Part shown: positions 7,351-17,295 of the stretch, in pieces
Position numbering within the stretch: position 1 is the stretch's first letter
Layout of the letters: each line of letters begins with the position of its first letter
Virus record (IMG/VR): IMGVR_UViG_2565956729_000008
Span: 1 to 20,419 of that record
Length of the DNA: 20,419 nt
DNA from: a virus
Taxonomy: Duplodnaviria; Heunggongvirae; Uroviricota; Caudoviricetes
Direction: 5' to 3' (one strand)
Program-made: the position numbers and the translations under genes
Notes under the pieces: generated by a model
The model's input: only the letters and a program-made list of their open reading frames with translations
Databases searched by the model: none
What the model was told of the DNA's origin: nothing

Positions 7351-9446
7351 TGTCACAACAGCGCCTTGAATTACTTCTTGAACTGACAGACCGCCTGACA
7401 AGGCCGTTACGCGCAGCCGGGCGACAGGTTCAGGGATTTGCTGCAACAAGTCGGGGAGCTTTTCGGGACATTGCTACCGGAGGCGCTGCGCTCTGGGGAG
7501 TGGGTGCAGCCATTCAGGGCGCACTGATGCCAGCCATTGAAATGGACAGGGCGCTCGGTGAGGTGAAATCACTGGGCGTCGCAGAGTCCGGACTGCGTAA
7601 ACTCAGCCGCGCCGCCGTTGATTTCACTATGGAATACGGCGGAGCTGCGCAGGATTTTGTGCGTGCTTCTTACGACATCCAGTCAGCCATTGCCGGGTTA
7701 ACTGACGATGAGCTGTCCCGCTTCACCACCGCATCAGCAACAGTGGCAGCAGCAACCAAATCCAGCAGCCAGACCATTACCGCCTACATGGGCACCATGT
7801 ACGGCATATTTAAAGACCAGGCTGATGCCATGGGAAAAAGTAAATGGGTGGAGCAGATCGCCGGACAAACCGCCACTGCCGTGCAAATGTTTAAAACAAC
7901 CGGCGATAACATGTCAGCGGCATTCACCACACTGGGTGCCAGCGCAAAAGCAGCCGGTATTGATGCGGCCGAGCAGTTCGCCGTACTGGGGCAACTGCAG
8001 GCAACCATGAGTGGCAGCGAGGCTGGTACAAAATATAAATCCTTCCTGGCATCCGTTGGTAAAGCACAGAAAAAGCTGGGGCTTAATTTCGTGAATAAAG
8101 ACGGCACGATGAAAAGTGTTGTCGAGATCATGAAACTTATCAGGGGCAAATTTGGTGATCTGTCAAAAGTGGCTGACTCTGATTTGCTGAAAAGCGCTTT
8201 TGGCTCCGATGAGGCTGTGGCCATGATTAAATTGCTCAATGCAGACATTGGCGGACTGGAAAAGAACATCGCCACGCTGGGCAATATCAAAGGTATGGAT
8301 AAGGCTGTCGAAATGGCACAAGCCATGGCCGATCCGTGGGAACAGGCCGCTGCGATTATTAACGGCATTCGCATTGAAATTGGCACACAACTGTTACCCG
8401 TTCTGTATCCATTCATCCAGAAAAGCAACGAAGGCGGTAAATCCTTTGTTGCCTGGTTGCGTCTGTATCCAAACATCACACGTGCAATCGGCTTATTAAG
8501 CGCGGCACTTATTGGTGTTGCGGCGGTTGGCGCAACGGTCAATATCGTAATGGGGGTGGCGAAATTTATCTGGGTGGGATTACGCATGGTCTGGATGGCC
8601 GCAATCGCACCACTGAAATTAATCATCTTTCTGTATCGTGCCCTGAAAGTGGTTATGCTGGCGTTCTGTGCTACTGCCCGCATGGTCAGGGCATTATATC
8701 TGGCGATGAGTATCGCCATGGGGGCGCACAATGTCAGGGCCAAAATTCAGATTGCACTGCTGAAACTGCAACGCATCGGTATGTGGCTTTATTCTGCCGC
8801 ACTGGGCGCTGCAGCTGTGGCCATGAAAATTTATACCGCTGTTACCGGTGGCGCAGCCGTTGCCACTCAGCTACTTTTCAGCCCGATAACGTTAATCATC
8901 CTGGCACTGGCTGCGCTGGGCGTGGGCATTTATTTTCTGATTACCCGCTGGGATGAGATCAAAGCGGCACTGATGGATACAGCCGCTTTTCAGTGGGTAA
9001 CCAGTGTCATAAAAAATATAGCTGTATGGTTCGGCAATACCTGGAAAGGCATTAAAAGCGGCTGGGATGCCGTTATTAATTATTTTTCCACCCGCTCACC
9101 GCTGGAAATATTTCAGGATTATGTCCGTCTGATTAATAAATTATTTTCAGGACTATGGCGCACAATTATCGGTATGTTCAGCTCAGCATTCAGATGGATT
9201 GCTGACAAGCTGAATATGCTCCCGGGTATAAATATTGATGTACCAGAAATTACAGATAACAGTGAGGGTTCTGTATTAACCGGTGGAAAAGTTATTAGCG
9301 CCGGGCCAGGTGGCATTGCGGCAAAAATGCAAAATAACAGCGACAGCCAGACCACAATTGATAACTCCCGTCGCGTGGTCAATGTCAATGTGCAGGATGC
9401 ATCCCCGGCCCACCTTAATGAATGGATGGAGCTGCATGCATACTGA
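7350..9446 (+). CDS. Tail tape measure protein
   Basis: 698 aa, Ala/Gly-rich and helical in the N-terminal half, with several long hydrophobic segments in the C-terminal half. Positioned directly after the frameshifted chaperone. Confidence 0.85.
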   Translation: MSQQRLELLLELTDRLTRPLRAAGRQVQGFAATSRGAFRDIATGGAALWGVGAAIQGALMPAIEMDRALGEVKSLGVAESGLRKLSRAAVDFTMEYGGAAQDFVRASYDIQSAIAGLTDDELSRFTTASATVAAATKSSSQTITAYMGTMYGIFKDQADAMGKSKWVEQIAGQTATAVQMFKTTGDNMSAAFTTLGASAKAAGIDAAEQFAVLGQLQATMSGSEAGTKYKSFLASVGKAQKKLGLNFVNKDGTMKSVVEIMKLIRGKFGDLSKVADSDLLKSAFGSDEAVAMIKLLNADIGGLEKNIATLGNIKGMDKAVEMAQAMADPWEQAAAIINGIRIEIGTQLLPVLYPFIQKSNEGGKSFVAWLRLYPNITRAIGLLSAALIGVAAVGATVNIVMGVAKFIWVGLRMVWMAAIAPLKLIIFLYRALKVVMLAFCATARMVRALYLAMSIAMGAHNVRAKIQIALLKLQRIGMWLYSAALGAAAVAMKIYTAVTGGAAVATQLLFSPITLIILALAALGVGIYFLITRWDEIKAALMDTAAFQWVTSVIKNIAVWFGNTWKGIKSGWDAVINYFSTRSPLEIFQDYVRLINKLFSGLWRTIIGMFSSAFRWIADKLNMLPGINIDVPEITDNSEGSVLTGGKVISAGPGGIAAKMQNNSDSQTTIDNSRRVVNVNVQDASPAHLNEWMELHAY

Positions 9447-9786
9447 TAAACCGCTTTACATTGATTTGCTTATCACCGGTCGCAATTTCACGCTGAACAG
9501 CGCCGCCGAACCGGTGCTGTGCAACAACAGGGAAAGCATTGCCCAGGACTGCCAGCACGCCATCATTGAAAGCGGACTGGCAACGCGCCTGCTGGCTGAA
9601 AAAAGCCCGACGCTTCGCGCCGACATTATGATGCAGATGACACTGCTGATTGAAGATGATGAGCGCATCACACCCGGCACGGTCAGTGTGACAGAGGAAA
9701 CCCCTCTTTCCGGCCGCCTGCTGATTAGCGCCCACACCGAAGATTTTTTTGATCCCCTGACTTTTACGGTATCTCTTGATGATTAA
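9436..9786 (+). CDS. Putative small baseplate protein (position of GpW/gp25-like wedge)
   Basis: 116 aa. ATG at 9436 is preceded by GGAG and overlaps the tape-measure 3' end; the track start at 9283 is an extension. Size and position before the J-like gene suggest a baseplate wedge protein. Sequence similarity to GpW is weak. Confidence 0.3.
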   Translation: MHTDKPLYIDLLITGRNFTLNSAAEPVLCNNRESIAQDCQHAIIESGLATRLLAEKSPTLRADIMMQMTLLIEDDERITPGTVSVTEETPLSGRLLISAHTEDFFDPLTFTVSLDD

Positions 9787-10963
9787 CGGCAAACCAACCG
9801 CAGATTACGAGCGCATTCTGGCTGATAACGGCATGCCGGTAACAGAAGAACAGGCGCGCACTGAATTTGAGGCCATCGTAAAAGACGAAGGGCTTATCAC
9901 TAACACATCCCGCATGTCGCCGTTCTGGCGGTTGATTACAGCCATTACCACAAAGCCCGTGATGTGGCTTAAAGATGCACTGGTTAATGTGGTAATGAAA
10001 AACCTGTTTCTGGTAAGTGCCAGCGGTGTATTTGTGGATGTTTTCGCATGGGCGGTAAACCTGCAGCGCAAGGCTGCCACGCACGCAGCTGGCGTGATTC
10101 GTTTCACAAAAGACGACATTGATCACGCGGTCACCGTACCGGCTGGTACGCAGATTCAGACAGAACGCATTAACGGCGTGATTTATACGCTGACCGTTGT
10201 CAGGGATACCATTATTCCGGCAGGAACACTCAGCATGAACATCGATGTTTCTGCTGAACAGGCCGGAGCCGGGTTTAACCTCGCGCCGGGGTATTACCGC
10301 ATTCTTCCTGTGGCGATTAATGGTATCGCCGGCGTTGAGAACGACGAAAACTGGCTGACCACGCCGGGGGCCAACGAAGAAAGCGACGACGAACTGCGTG
10401 ATCGCGTTCGCAATCAGTTTAATCTTGCCGGTGCTTATCACACCGACGCTGTTTACCGGGGATTAATTGCCGGTGTTGCCGGCATCAGTGCCGACCGCAT
10501 CTATTTTTTGCATGACGCACCACGCGGCCCCGGCACAGCAAACGCTTACATTCTGCTGGATACCGGCATCGCATCCGGACCGTTCGTTGATGCAGTAAAC
10601 GCATTTATTAACGATGAAGGTCATCACGGACACGGCGATGATTTGCGCTGTTTTTCCATGCCTGAAACGCGCCATGCCCTGACCGTGACACTCTGGCTGT
10701 ATGCAACACTGAACCTCAACGCTGAAGAGATACAGGCTTTATTACGCAACGTAGAGAATCTGGTCCGCTGTGCGTTTCGCGAAAACAGCGATTATGACGT
10801 TCAGAAAACATGGCCGTACAGCCGTTTCAGCATGTCCCGACTGGGCGAAGAGATCCACCAGGTATTTCCGCAGGTGGAATCGGTCACGTTTTCCCTTCCG
10901 GATATTCTCAGCGACCTGGCTGTGCCTCGCCTGGAATCCCTTATCGTGGAGGTGGGGTCATGA
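9779..10963 (+). CDS. Baseplate J-like protein
   Basis: 394 aa from the ATG at 9779 (the track uses a TTG at 9776). Start overlaps the upstream stop. The block ESDDELRDRVRNQF resembles the conserved ESD..R.R...F block of P2 GpJ / Baseplate_J proteins. Confidence 0.7.
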   Translation: MINGKPTADYERILADNGMPVTEEQARTEFEAIVKDEGLITNTSRMSPFWRLITAITTKPVMWLKDALVNVVMKNLFLVSASGVFVDVFAWAVNLQRKAATHAAGVIRFTKDDIDHAVTVPAGTQIQTERINGVIYTLTVVRDTIIPAGTLSMNIDVSAEQAGAGFNLAPGYYRILPVAINGIAGVENDENWLTTPGANEESDDELRDRVRNQFNLAGAYHTDAVYRGLIAGVAGISADRIYFLHDAPRGPGTANAYILLDTGIASGPFVDAVNAFINDEGHHGHGDDLRCFSMPETRHALTVTLWLYATLNLNAEEIQALLRNVENLVRCAFRENSDYDVQKTWPYSRFSMSRLGEEIHQVFPQVESVTFSLPDILSDLAVPRLESLIVEVGS

Positions 10964-11595
10964 ATATTCCGGAGATGCCCGAATTCCCTCTCCCAACCTG
11001 GATGAACAAGGGAGAGCCATTAACACTGGCACATTCTTCACATCGTTACTGGGAGAAGGTCTACAGCTGGCTGACATGGCCACTACAGCAAATTGATGTT
11101 GATACCTGCGCAGAGCCTCTGCTTAACCTGCTGGCCTATCAGCGCAACATCACCCGCTTCAGTGGGGAGCCAGTTTCATTATTTCGCTTAAGGGTAAAAC
11201 ACGCGTTTATCAACGCTCAGGACTCGGGCGAACGTGCCGGCTTCGAACGCATCTTTAAGCGTCTTGGCGTGGGAGAGGTAAAAACCCTGGAACGACAGTT
11301 GCAGCATGACTGGGACGTTATTTTACTGCGCATCAATGACACCCAGTTAAGCGAAAACAATGCCCTGATGATGCAGCTCGTGCGCCAGTATGGCCGTACC
11401 TGCAGGCGCTATTTCTTTCAGGTAATCAATACAACCACTGCCCGGCTGACAGCCGGCACATTTGATGGCCATTACAGGTATCACACAGCAGAAGCAACGG
11501 TGAGAAAGGACACCATCTGGTTAACCGCTTCGCTACAGGCAGGACATTACGGCCTGTCCGTGGAGCATTACACATTACAGGCAGACGAAGCATGA
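10960..11595 (+). CDS. Putative baseplate/tail protein I-like
   Basis: 211 aa from the ATG at 10960, overlapping the J stop (ATGA); the track start at 10810 is an upstream extension. Loose pattern similarity to P2 GpI and the canonical position between J and the fiber gene. Confidence 0.45.
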   Translation: MNIPEMPEFPLPTWMNKGEPLTLAHSSHRYWEKVYSWLTWPLQQIDVDTCAEPLLNLLAYQRNITRFSGEPVSLFRLRVKHAFINAQDSGERAGFERIFKRLGVGEVKTLERQLQHDWDVILLRINDTQLSENNALMMQLVRQYGRTCRRYFFQVINTTTARLTAGTFDGHYRYHTAEATVRKDTIWLTASLQAGHYGLSVEHYTLQADEA

Positions 11596-13460
11596 GCACG
11601 ATTATTACTGAACAGTACGAACACTGGTGTGCGAATCAGCTCATCAGTGGAAAACCTGCGCGCCCGGATACATTTGTTTTTGCATATATTCCGGGACAGG
11701 ATGAATCCGCAGAGATCCCCCGCGATGAGATACTCCCTGATGAATCCATGATTCAGTATCGTGCGCCGGTCACCCAGTACGGCCTCCTGTCGCCGAACGC
11801 GACCGCGTTTTCCATCATTCTGGACACGACAGTCGGCGACTTCGAATACAACTGGATCGGTCTGCTGAACGAAGAAAGCGGCGTGCTCTGCATGATTGCA
11901 CACACACCTCGTCAGCAAAAAATTAAAACAGCGAACGGCGTACAGGGAAACAACCTGATCCGCACATTTTCCATGGAGTTTGACGGCGCAGCCGCAGCAA
12001 TGCATATCGATGTCAGTGCTGATGTCTGGCAGATTGATTTCACTGCACGCCTTGCAGGAATGGATGAGGCCCGCCGGCTGCTGGCGTTTGATCACTACGG
12101 TGAAGCCGCTTTTCTGGGGGATGGTTTTCAGGTCAGCTATCAGGATGGTACCGCTACTGTTGCCGCCGGCGTGGGTTATGTGGGAGGTCTGCGCGTCAGT
12201 CTGCGCGAACCTTACAGCCTGCCGGCTGCGGTCGGGGATACCATTTGGATTGATGCAAGCTGGCAGGGATTTGTTACCGGCGAATGGAATACCGTTTTTA
12301 CGTTCTGCGCCCGCCAGGAACATGCGTCCTATACAGACGGTAACGGCTTCCGACACTTTGTCGCGCCACTTGCGAAACTGACATCAGAAGGCTTACAGGA
12401 TTTACGTCCACAGACGCCCGATGAAGAACAAAGCAATGCACTGGCAGAGCACGAAAAATCCCGCCGTCATCCGGACGCAACACTGAAGGAGAAAGGCTTT
12501 GCGCAGTACAGCAACTCCACCGACAGCGACGCAGAAGACCGCGCCGCCACATCAAAGGCAGTAAAAGCCGCAATGGATAAGGCAAAAGGCGCTGTTGAGC
12601 GTGACGGCGACACCATGACCGGGGAACTGAAAATCCGTGGTGTTAATGCGCTGAGGATTTTCAACGAAGCCTTTGGTCTGATTTTTCGTCGTTCGGAAGA
12701 GTGCCTGCACCTTATCCCTACCAGTGAAGGTCAGGGCGAGAATGGCGATATTGGTCCACTTCGACCGTTCACTATTAATCTGCGGACGGGTGAAATATCC
12801 ATGTCGCATAAAGTGTCTGTTGGCGGCGGTTCTCAGGTCAATGGTGCGCTGGGTATCGGCGTTCAGAACGCGCTGGGCGGAAACTCAATTGCTTTCGGGG
12901 ATAACGATACAGGTATAAAACAAAACGGCGACGGCATTCTGGATGTTTATGCGAATGGACAGCATGTATTTCGTTTCCAGAATGGTGTGGCAATAGCGTT
13001 AAAAAATATTCAGGCCGGAAATGCTAAAAAATTCACGTTATCCAGCGACAACAACTCCACGAAAAACGCAACGTTTAATTTATGGGGTAATTCATCCCGA
13101 CCTGTAGTTGCAGAGCTTGGTGATGATTCCGGCTGGCATTTTTACAGCCAGAGAAATACCGATGGCAGTATCACATTCGCTGTAAACGGACAGATGACCC
13201 CATCAAACTATGGAAATTTCGATGCCCGTTATCAGCAGCGAAATGGCGGCGTGCAGGATGTGCGTTATGGTTCCGAAATGTATTACAACCCGGGAGGTAA
13301 CCAGGTATCCTGGACATTTCGCTCACCTTCAGGCCACGGGTTATCCGGTATTAATGTGCAGGAAACCGGAAGTAATTCGGCAGATAACATCGGCGGCGTG
13401 TATTACCGTCCGCTTCAGAAACTGATTAATGGCACCTGGTATAACGTGGCGAGTGTTTAA
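11592..13460 (+). CDS. Tail fiber protein with a P2 GpH-like C-terminal receptor-binding region
   Basis: 622 aa. AEHEKSRRHPDATLKEKGF and the C-terminal ~200 aa (NALGGNSIAFGDNDTGIKQNGDGILDVYANGQHVFRFQNGVAIALKNIQAG ... LINGTWYNVASV) closely match the P2 GpH C-terminus as I recall it. The N-terminal ~150 aa is of a different type from the P2 H N-terminus. Confidence 0.9.
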   Translation: MSTIITEQYEHWCANQLISGKPARPDTFVFAYIPGQDESAEIPRDEILPDESMIQYRAPVTQYGLLSPNATAFSIILDTTVGDFEYNWIGLLNEESGVLCMIAHTPRQQKIKTANGVQGNNLIRTFSMEFDGAAAAMHIDVSADVWQIDFTARLAGMDEARRLLAFDHYGEAAFLGDGFQVSYQDGTATVAAGVGYVGGLRVSLREPYSLPAAVGDTIWIDASWQGFVTGEWNTVFTFCARQEHASYTDGNGFRHFVAPLAKLTSEGLQDLRPQTPDEEQSNALAEHEKSRRHPDATLKEKGFAQYSNSTDSDAEDRAATSKAVKAAMDKAKGAVERDGDTMTGELKIRGVNALRIFNEAFGLIFRRSEECLHLIPTSEGQGENGDIGPLRPFTINLRTGEISMSHKVSVGGGSQVNGALGIGVQNALGGNSIAFGDNDTGIKQNGDGILDVYANGQHVFRFQNGVAIALKNIQAGNAKKFTLSSDNNSTKNATFNLWGNSSRPVVAELGDDSGWHFYSQRNTDGSITFAVNGQMTPSNYGNFDARYQQRNGGVQDVRYGSEMYYNPGGNQVSWTFRSPSGHGLSGINVQETGSNSADNIGGVYYRPLQKLINGTWYNVASV

Positions 13461-13462
13461 CA

Positions 13463-14020
13463 ATGTTACATTTAAAAAATATTACTGCGGGTAATCCGAA
13501 AACCGCGGAACAATATCAGCTGACAAAACAATATGGTGTCACCTGGCTTTTTTCGGAAGACGGCAAAAACTGGTATGAAGAACAGAAGAACTTTGCCAGT
13601 GACACAATAAAAATGGTTTACTCCGGGGACGGGCGCGTGGTGTGGGTCGGTAAGGATGTGACAGGCATTGAACCCCGTAACGCCAGTGTTATTGAAGTTC
13701 CGGATATTACCGCTAATCGCCGTATTACCGCGCCTGGTTACTGGTTTTACCGCGATGGCAATTTTATCTTCGACTACAAACTTAAAGCGGAAGATGAGCG
13801 TGATGCACTGTTAAAACAGGCCAGTATCATGACCAGCGAATGGGAAAAAGACCTGCTGCTGGGATTAATCAGCGACGAAGACAGGGAAAAACTGAAAGCC
13901 TGCCGTATTTATACAAAAACGTTACGGGAGATGACATTCAGCCAGGTTACAGATAAAGCATCGTATGCCACAATTGTATGGCCGGAATTACCGCAGGATA
14001 TTAACGAGAATAAAAAATAA
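13463..14020 (+). CDS. Tail fiber assembly chaperone (GpG/Tfa family)
   Basis: 185 aa immediately downstream of the fiber gene. The C-terminal motif VWPELP matches the conserved WP..P ending of Tfa chaperones. Confidence 0.8.
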   Translation: MLHLKNITAGNPKTAEQYQLTKQYGVTWLFSEDGKNWYEEQKNFASDTIKMVYSGDGRVVWVGKDVTGIEPRNASVIEVPDITANRRITAPGYWFYRDGNFIFDYKLKAEDERDALLKQASIMTSEWEKDLLLGLISDEDREKLKACRIYTKTLREMTFSQVTDKASYATIVWPELPQDINENKK

Positions 14021-16548
14021 TGAGCGCGCTGTTGACGAAAGCATTTGAGAAATGGGTTGCTGAATGTGCCGCCAGTAATTTACCGGCGCGACCTGACTCC
14101 ATTGTTTTTGCACTGATGGAAAGGGAACCATCCAGAAATGATGAAGTTGTCCCTCCTGAAAAAATCACACACACGGTAAATAATCTGCGCTATGGAAAAC
14201 TGGATCCAAACAGCATTGTCTGTAGTGCCGTTGTTGCTGATAACGAGACATTCACTTACGACTGGATTTGCCTGGTCCATCAACCCAGCAACACACTCTG
14301 CGGCGTAATTAAAACCCCGGTTCGTCACAAACTGACCGGCGAAACACTTATCCGCAATTTTGCTGTTATTTATAGCGGACTGGCTCAGGCTGCACACATT
14401 ACTGTTCCTCCTGAAAGCTGGCAAACAGACATCTCGCAGGAGCTGAAAACAATTCAGGGTTTTATCAGCGATCACATAGCAGTATCAACCCGTTATGCGG
14501 TTACCGAAGCTAATAAGCAGTTTTTGTCCATGCAGATAACCCACGGGCGTTATTCAGGGATCTGGCGCTATCTTAATTCAACCGGGGGTATTAACTGGTA
14601 TTTTTTGTTTCTTGCAATGTATGAAAGCGAAGGTAAAGCCTTTTCTCTCAGGGACAGACTCGTTATTTGTGAAAAAGCCTTTCGTCTCGGTATAACAGCG
14701 CCATTCATGACGAATTTCCGCTATGAAGCCGGACAGCATGTGATGATTAACAGCACGCTATTTTTTGTAAATATCGCCGGCATTACTGGAGAAACCACAC
14801 CTGATATCAGTAGCATCTTACAAGGTGAGTTTATTTATACAGGTTCCGCTGTTCTTGAATGTCTCGGGAAGACCAGTAAAGAGATCCCGTCATCATGGTC
14901 ATGGTTCTTTACCGATGTGGCCGCTGATTTATATTCACCGGTTGCCCCTGATTCTACAGACAGTTACCCATCCCTCTGGTTTGCCTGTATTGCTGAAATT
15001 GCAGACGCTTCGTGGTTACAGACCCCTTCAGGGCTCGGCAATCATTCCAGATGGGAAATTATCAGACTGGTAGCGGAAAATAATATTTTACGTCAGCTAA
15101 ATACTGACGCAAATCTGGTAAACGTCTTTCAGGGAAACGTTGCTCCCGGTAATACTCATTACGCGCAATGTTTTTGTCAGGATAATGCCGAAGTGTATGC
15201 CGGTTTACGGGCCCTGGTCTTTCTGGCCGGACTGGTTAATGACTCTGATGCTGCCTCGCAATATTCCAACGCAATGAAAACAATTAAAACAGGGTTGCTG
15301 GCATTATTTGTTCCGGGCCAGAACAGATTCAAGACGTATTACAATGAAGCTGATTACCCCGATACCCCGGGCGATGCGCGTTTTGTGCAAAAAGACCGAT
15401 TCTCTGTGGCTCCGTGGCGCTTTGGTGTGCTGAATACGCCTGCTGAACAGGCACAATATGGACTATCCGTTCTGGATGCCATCCAGAAAGATTATCCCGA
15501 TTTATTTACATCGGATTACGCAGGCATTGATACTTTCGCCATGAGCGACTTTTTTGCATTCGTGGCAAAAGTTACAGCCTCACAGACCGCCGCAACAACA
15601 GCTCTCCGTCGTCTGCAGATCAGAAAAACTGCCGCCGTAACAATTTCAGATATTGCATCAGCAATGTCAGTTTCAGCATGGGGATCAGTCCCCTGCATGA
15701 GTACACGCGACTTTATACGAATTAATGGTCGCTCCGTTGTTGGAGATGAAGATATTGTCTTTCCGGAAAGAGAAATCCGGCACATTACCCCCGTCAATAA
15801 CGCCCAGGTGGTTGTGGATAACCTCAACAATGACACCGTATTGTTTATTGATAATGACTCTGCACTTTCATATCTCCAGTTCAAAATAGCGCCGGGGCTG
15901 GTTGATGGTTGCCGCCTGTCAATCACACCGAAAAGGGACGTGACGAGAACATCATTTCTTACGCAGGATGCGCAGGTTTCAGATGCTCCGGAAGCGTTAT
16001 TTGCAGGGAAAAACGTTACATTTACGTACAATGCAACAACGCAAACATGGCACAGAAACTTTGTACCTGCAGTTTCTTCTGCTGCTACAAATTTATTGAA
16101 AAAACAATCAGAATCTCTGTTTGTTGATGGCGCTCACCCGATCATCCCCAAAATGCTTGTAAGCACCCTGAACTCCAGTCTGGATTCATTTAAAAGCCTG
16201 CCCGATGGTTCGCGTGTTTATACCCTGAAGCTGGATGTATCAAACCCCGTCGGGCAATCCTCAGTTGGCGGCATCGGAATCGCTGTTTCAGCGCAGATTG
16301 AGCCGCGTTATCTCTATCAGAACCAGAACCGACAGTACATTCCAGCGCAGTATTTTGTCAGCTCTGTCTCTGCAAATGCGCGAACAATCACTATCGGAAT
16401 ACAGGTGGTGATGCCTGATAAACCTTACTATGCACTGGATATGTCAACACTGGAAGAAATTGCCGGCGCAGATAATGGGTTGCTCCCCTGTGTTGTGGTT
16501 ATAAAAACACTTGCAGGGACAACGTTGCGTCAGAACGGAATGGGATAA
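14020..16548 (+). CDS. Second tail fiber / receptor-binding protein candidate
   Basis: 842 aa, start overlapping the Tfa stop (TAATGA). Residues 1-140 align with the N-terminus of the fiber at 11592 (shared E.W.A, PARPD..VFA, Y.WI.L, S..LC, TP, LIR.F, AA.HI.V, WQ.D). The remainder is unrelated: a helix-rich central region and a beta-rich Ser/Thr/Asn-rich C-terminus. Confidence 0.55.
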   Translation: MSALLTKAFEKWVAECAASNLPARPDSIVFALMEREPSRNDEVVPPEKITHTVNNLRYGKLDPNSIVCSAVVADNETFTYDWICLVHQPSNTLCGVIKTPVRHKLTGETLIRNFAVIYSGLAQAAHITVPPESWQTDISQELKTIQGFISDHIAVSTRYAVTEANKQFLSMQITHGRYSGIWRYLNSTGGINWYFLFLAMYESEGKAFSLRDRLVICEKAFRLGITAPFMTNFRYEAGQHVMINSTLFFVNIAGITGETTPDISSILQGEFIYTGSAVLECLGKTSKEIPSSWSWFFTDVAADLYSPVAPDSTDSYPSLWFACIAEIADASWLQTPSGLGNHSRWEIIRLVAENNILRQLNTDANLVNVFQGNVAPGNTHYAQCFCQDNAEVYAGLRALVFLAGLVNDSDAASQYSNAMKTIKTGLLALFVPGQNRFKTYYNEADYPDTPGDARFVQKDRFSVAPWRFGVLNTPAEQAQYGLSVLDAIQKDYPDLFTSDYAGIDTFAMSDFFAFVAKVTASQTAATTALRRLQIRKTAAVTISDIASAMSVSAWGSVPCMSTRDFIRINGRSVVGDEDIVFPEREIRHITPVNNAQVVVDNLNNDTVLFIDNDSALSYLQFKIAPGLVDGCRLSITPKRDVTRTSFLTQDAQVSDAPEALFAGKNVTFTYNATTQTWHRNFVPAVSSAATNLLKKQSESLFVDGAHPIIPKMLVSTLNSSLDSFKSLPDGSRVYTLKLDVSNPVGQSSVGGIGIAVSAQIEPRYLYQNQNRQYIPAQYFVSSVSANARTITIGIQVVMPDKPYYALDMSTLEEIAGADNGLLPCVVVIKTLAGTTLRQNGMG

Positions 16549-16572
16549 CATTTGAACGTACAGGAAAATGAG

Positions 16573-17295
16573 ATGAAATATTCTGTATGGGAGCACGCCA
16601 TTCTGCGCCCGGCCCCCATGGCCATCACCTGTTCAATGGTTTGCCTCCATCCATGGTCAGAAAATACGGGAAACATTACACCATCGGGGCGTTATCTCAG
16701 CCCGGATAATGCTGTATCCGCGCTTTTACCTTATCTGACAGAAAGCACTGAAAAAGACGTTGTGGCGCTGTTATTTTGCGCCCCGTCTGCAGGCGAGTTT
16801 TTATCACTGGCCAGACAGTTTTCAGGTGCACTTCCATTGCCGGAAGTGGGAAGAATGTCCCGCATGATCTCCAGCCAGCTTTCGCTGGCCGTGAGTAAAA
16901 TGCAGCTCCCTGCAAAACCTGTAACCACACTTCCTGCAGAGGTCACGCTGTCCACACAGACCATCCGCAGCATGACGCGGGCAGCGACTATTGCGCAGGC
17001 TGCGATCCCGACCGCTGTATCTCCGGAAACATTATCCTCGTCTCTGAATCAGTTCAGAATCGCGAGAGATAAGGCACTACAGGAAATCACCGACCAGCAG
17101 GCCGCAATTCAGAAAAACACGTGTCCGGTGTGGCGTTTTTTTTATACGGGCACACTAAATCAGGTTGCAGCACTGATAAAAAAAAATATTCCACATCCGG
17201 AATGGGTTTTTACAGCTGTGATGCTGTTTGTCGGTAATGATCTTTCATCACTAAGAGAATCACTACATGACCCAGATGATCGTTCTTGCACTTGA
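16573..17295 (+). CDS. Hypothetical protein (orphan, no recognisable family)
   Basis: About 240 aa from the ATG at 16573, preceded by AGGAAAA; the track uses a TTG at 16552. Tightly packed between the second fiber gene and the U-like gene with a 3' overlap. Low-complexity Ser/Thr/Ala-rich middle region. Confidence 0.4.
   Translation: MKYSVWEHAILRPAPMAITCSMVCLHPWSENTGNITPSGRYLSPDNAVSALLPYLTESTEKDVVALLFCAPSAGEFLSLARQFSGALPLPEVGRMSRMISSQLSLAVSKMQLPAKPVTTLPAEVTLSTQTIRSMTRAATIAQAAIPTAVSPETLSSSLNQFRIARDKALQEITDQQAAIQKNTCPVWRFFYTGTLNQVAALIKKNIPHPEWVFTAVMLFVGNDLSSLRESLHDPDDRSCT

Noticed and set aside
7784-8743. 319-aa minus-strand ORF inside the tape measure gene
   Set aside because: Antisense to a well-supported tape measure reading frame, with low-complexity composition typical of a shadow frame.
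9764-10441. 225-aa minus-strand ORF
   Set aside because: Antisense to the J-like baseplate gene, with no independent support.
11568-12356. 262-aa minus-strand ORF
   Set aside because: Antisense to the 5' part of the GpH-like fiber gene. Shadow ORF.
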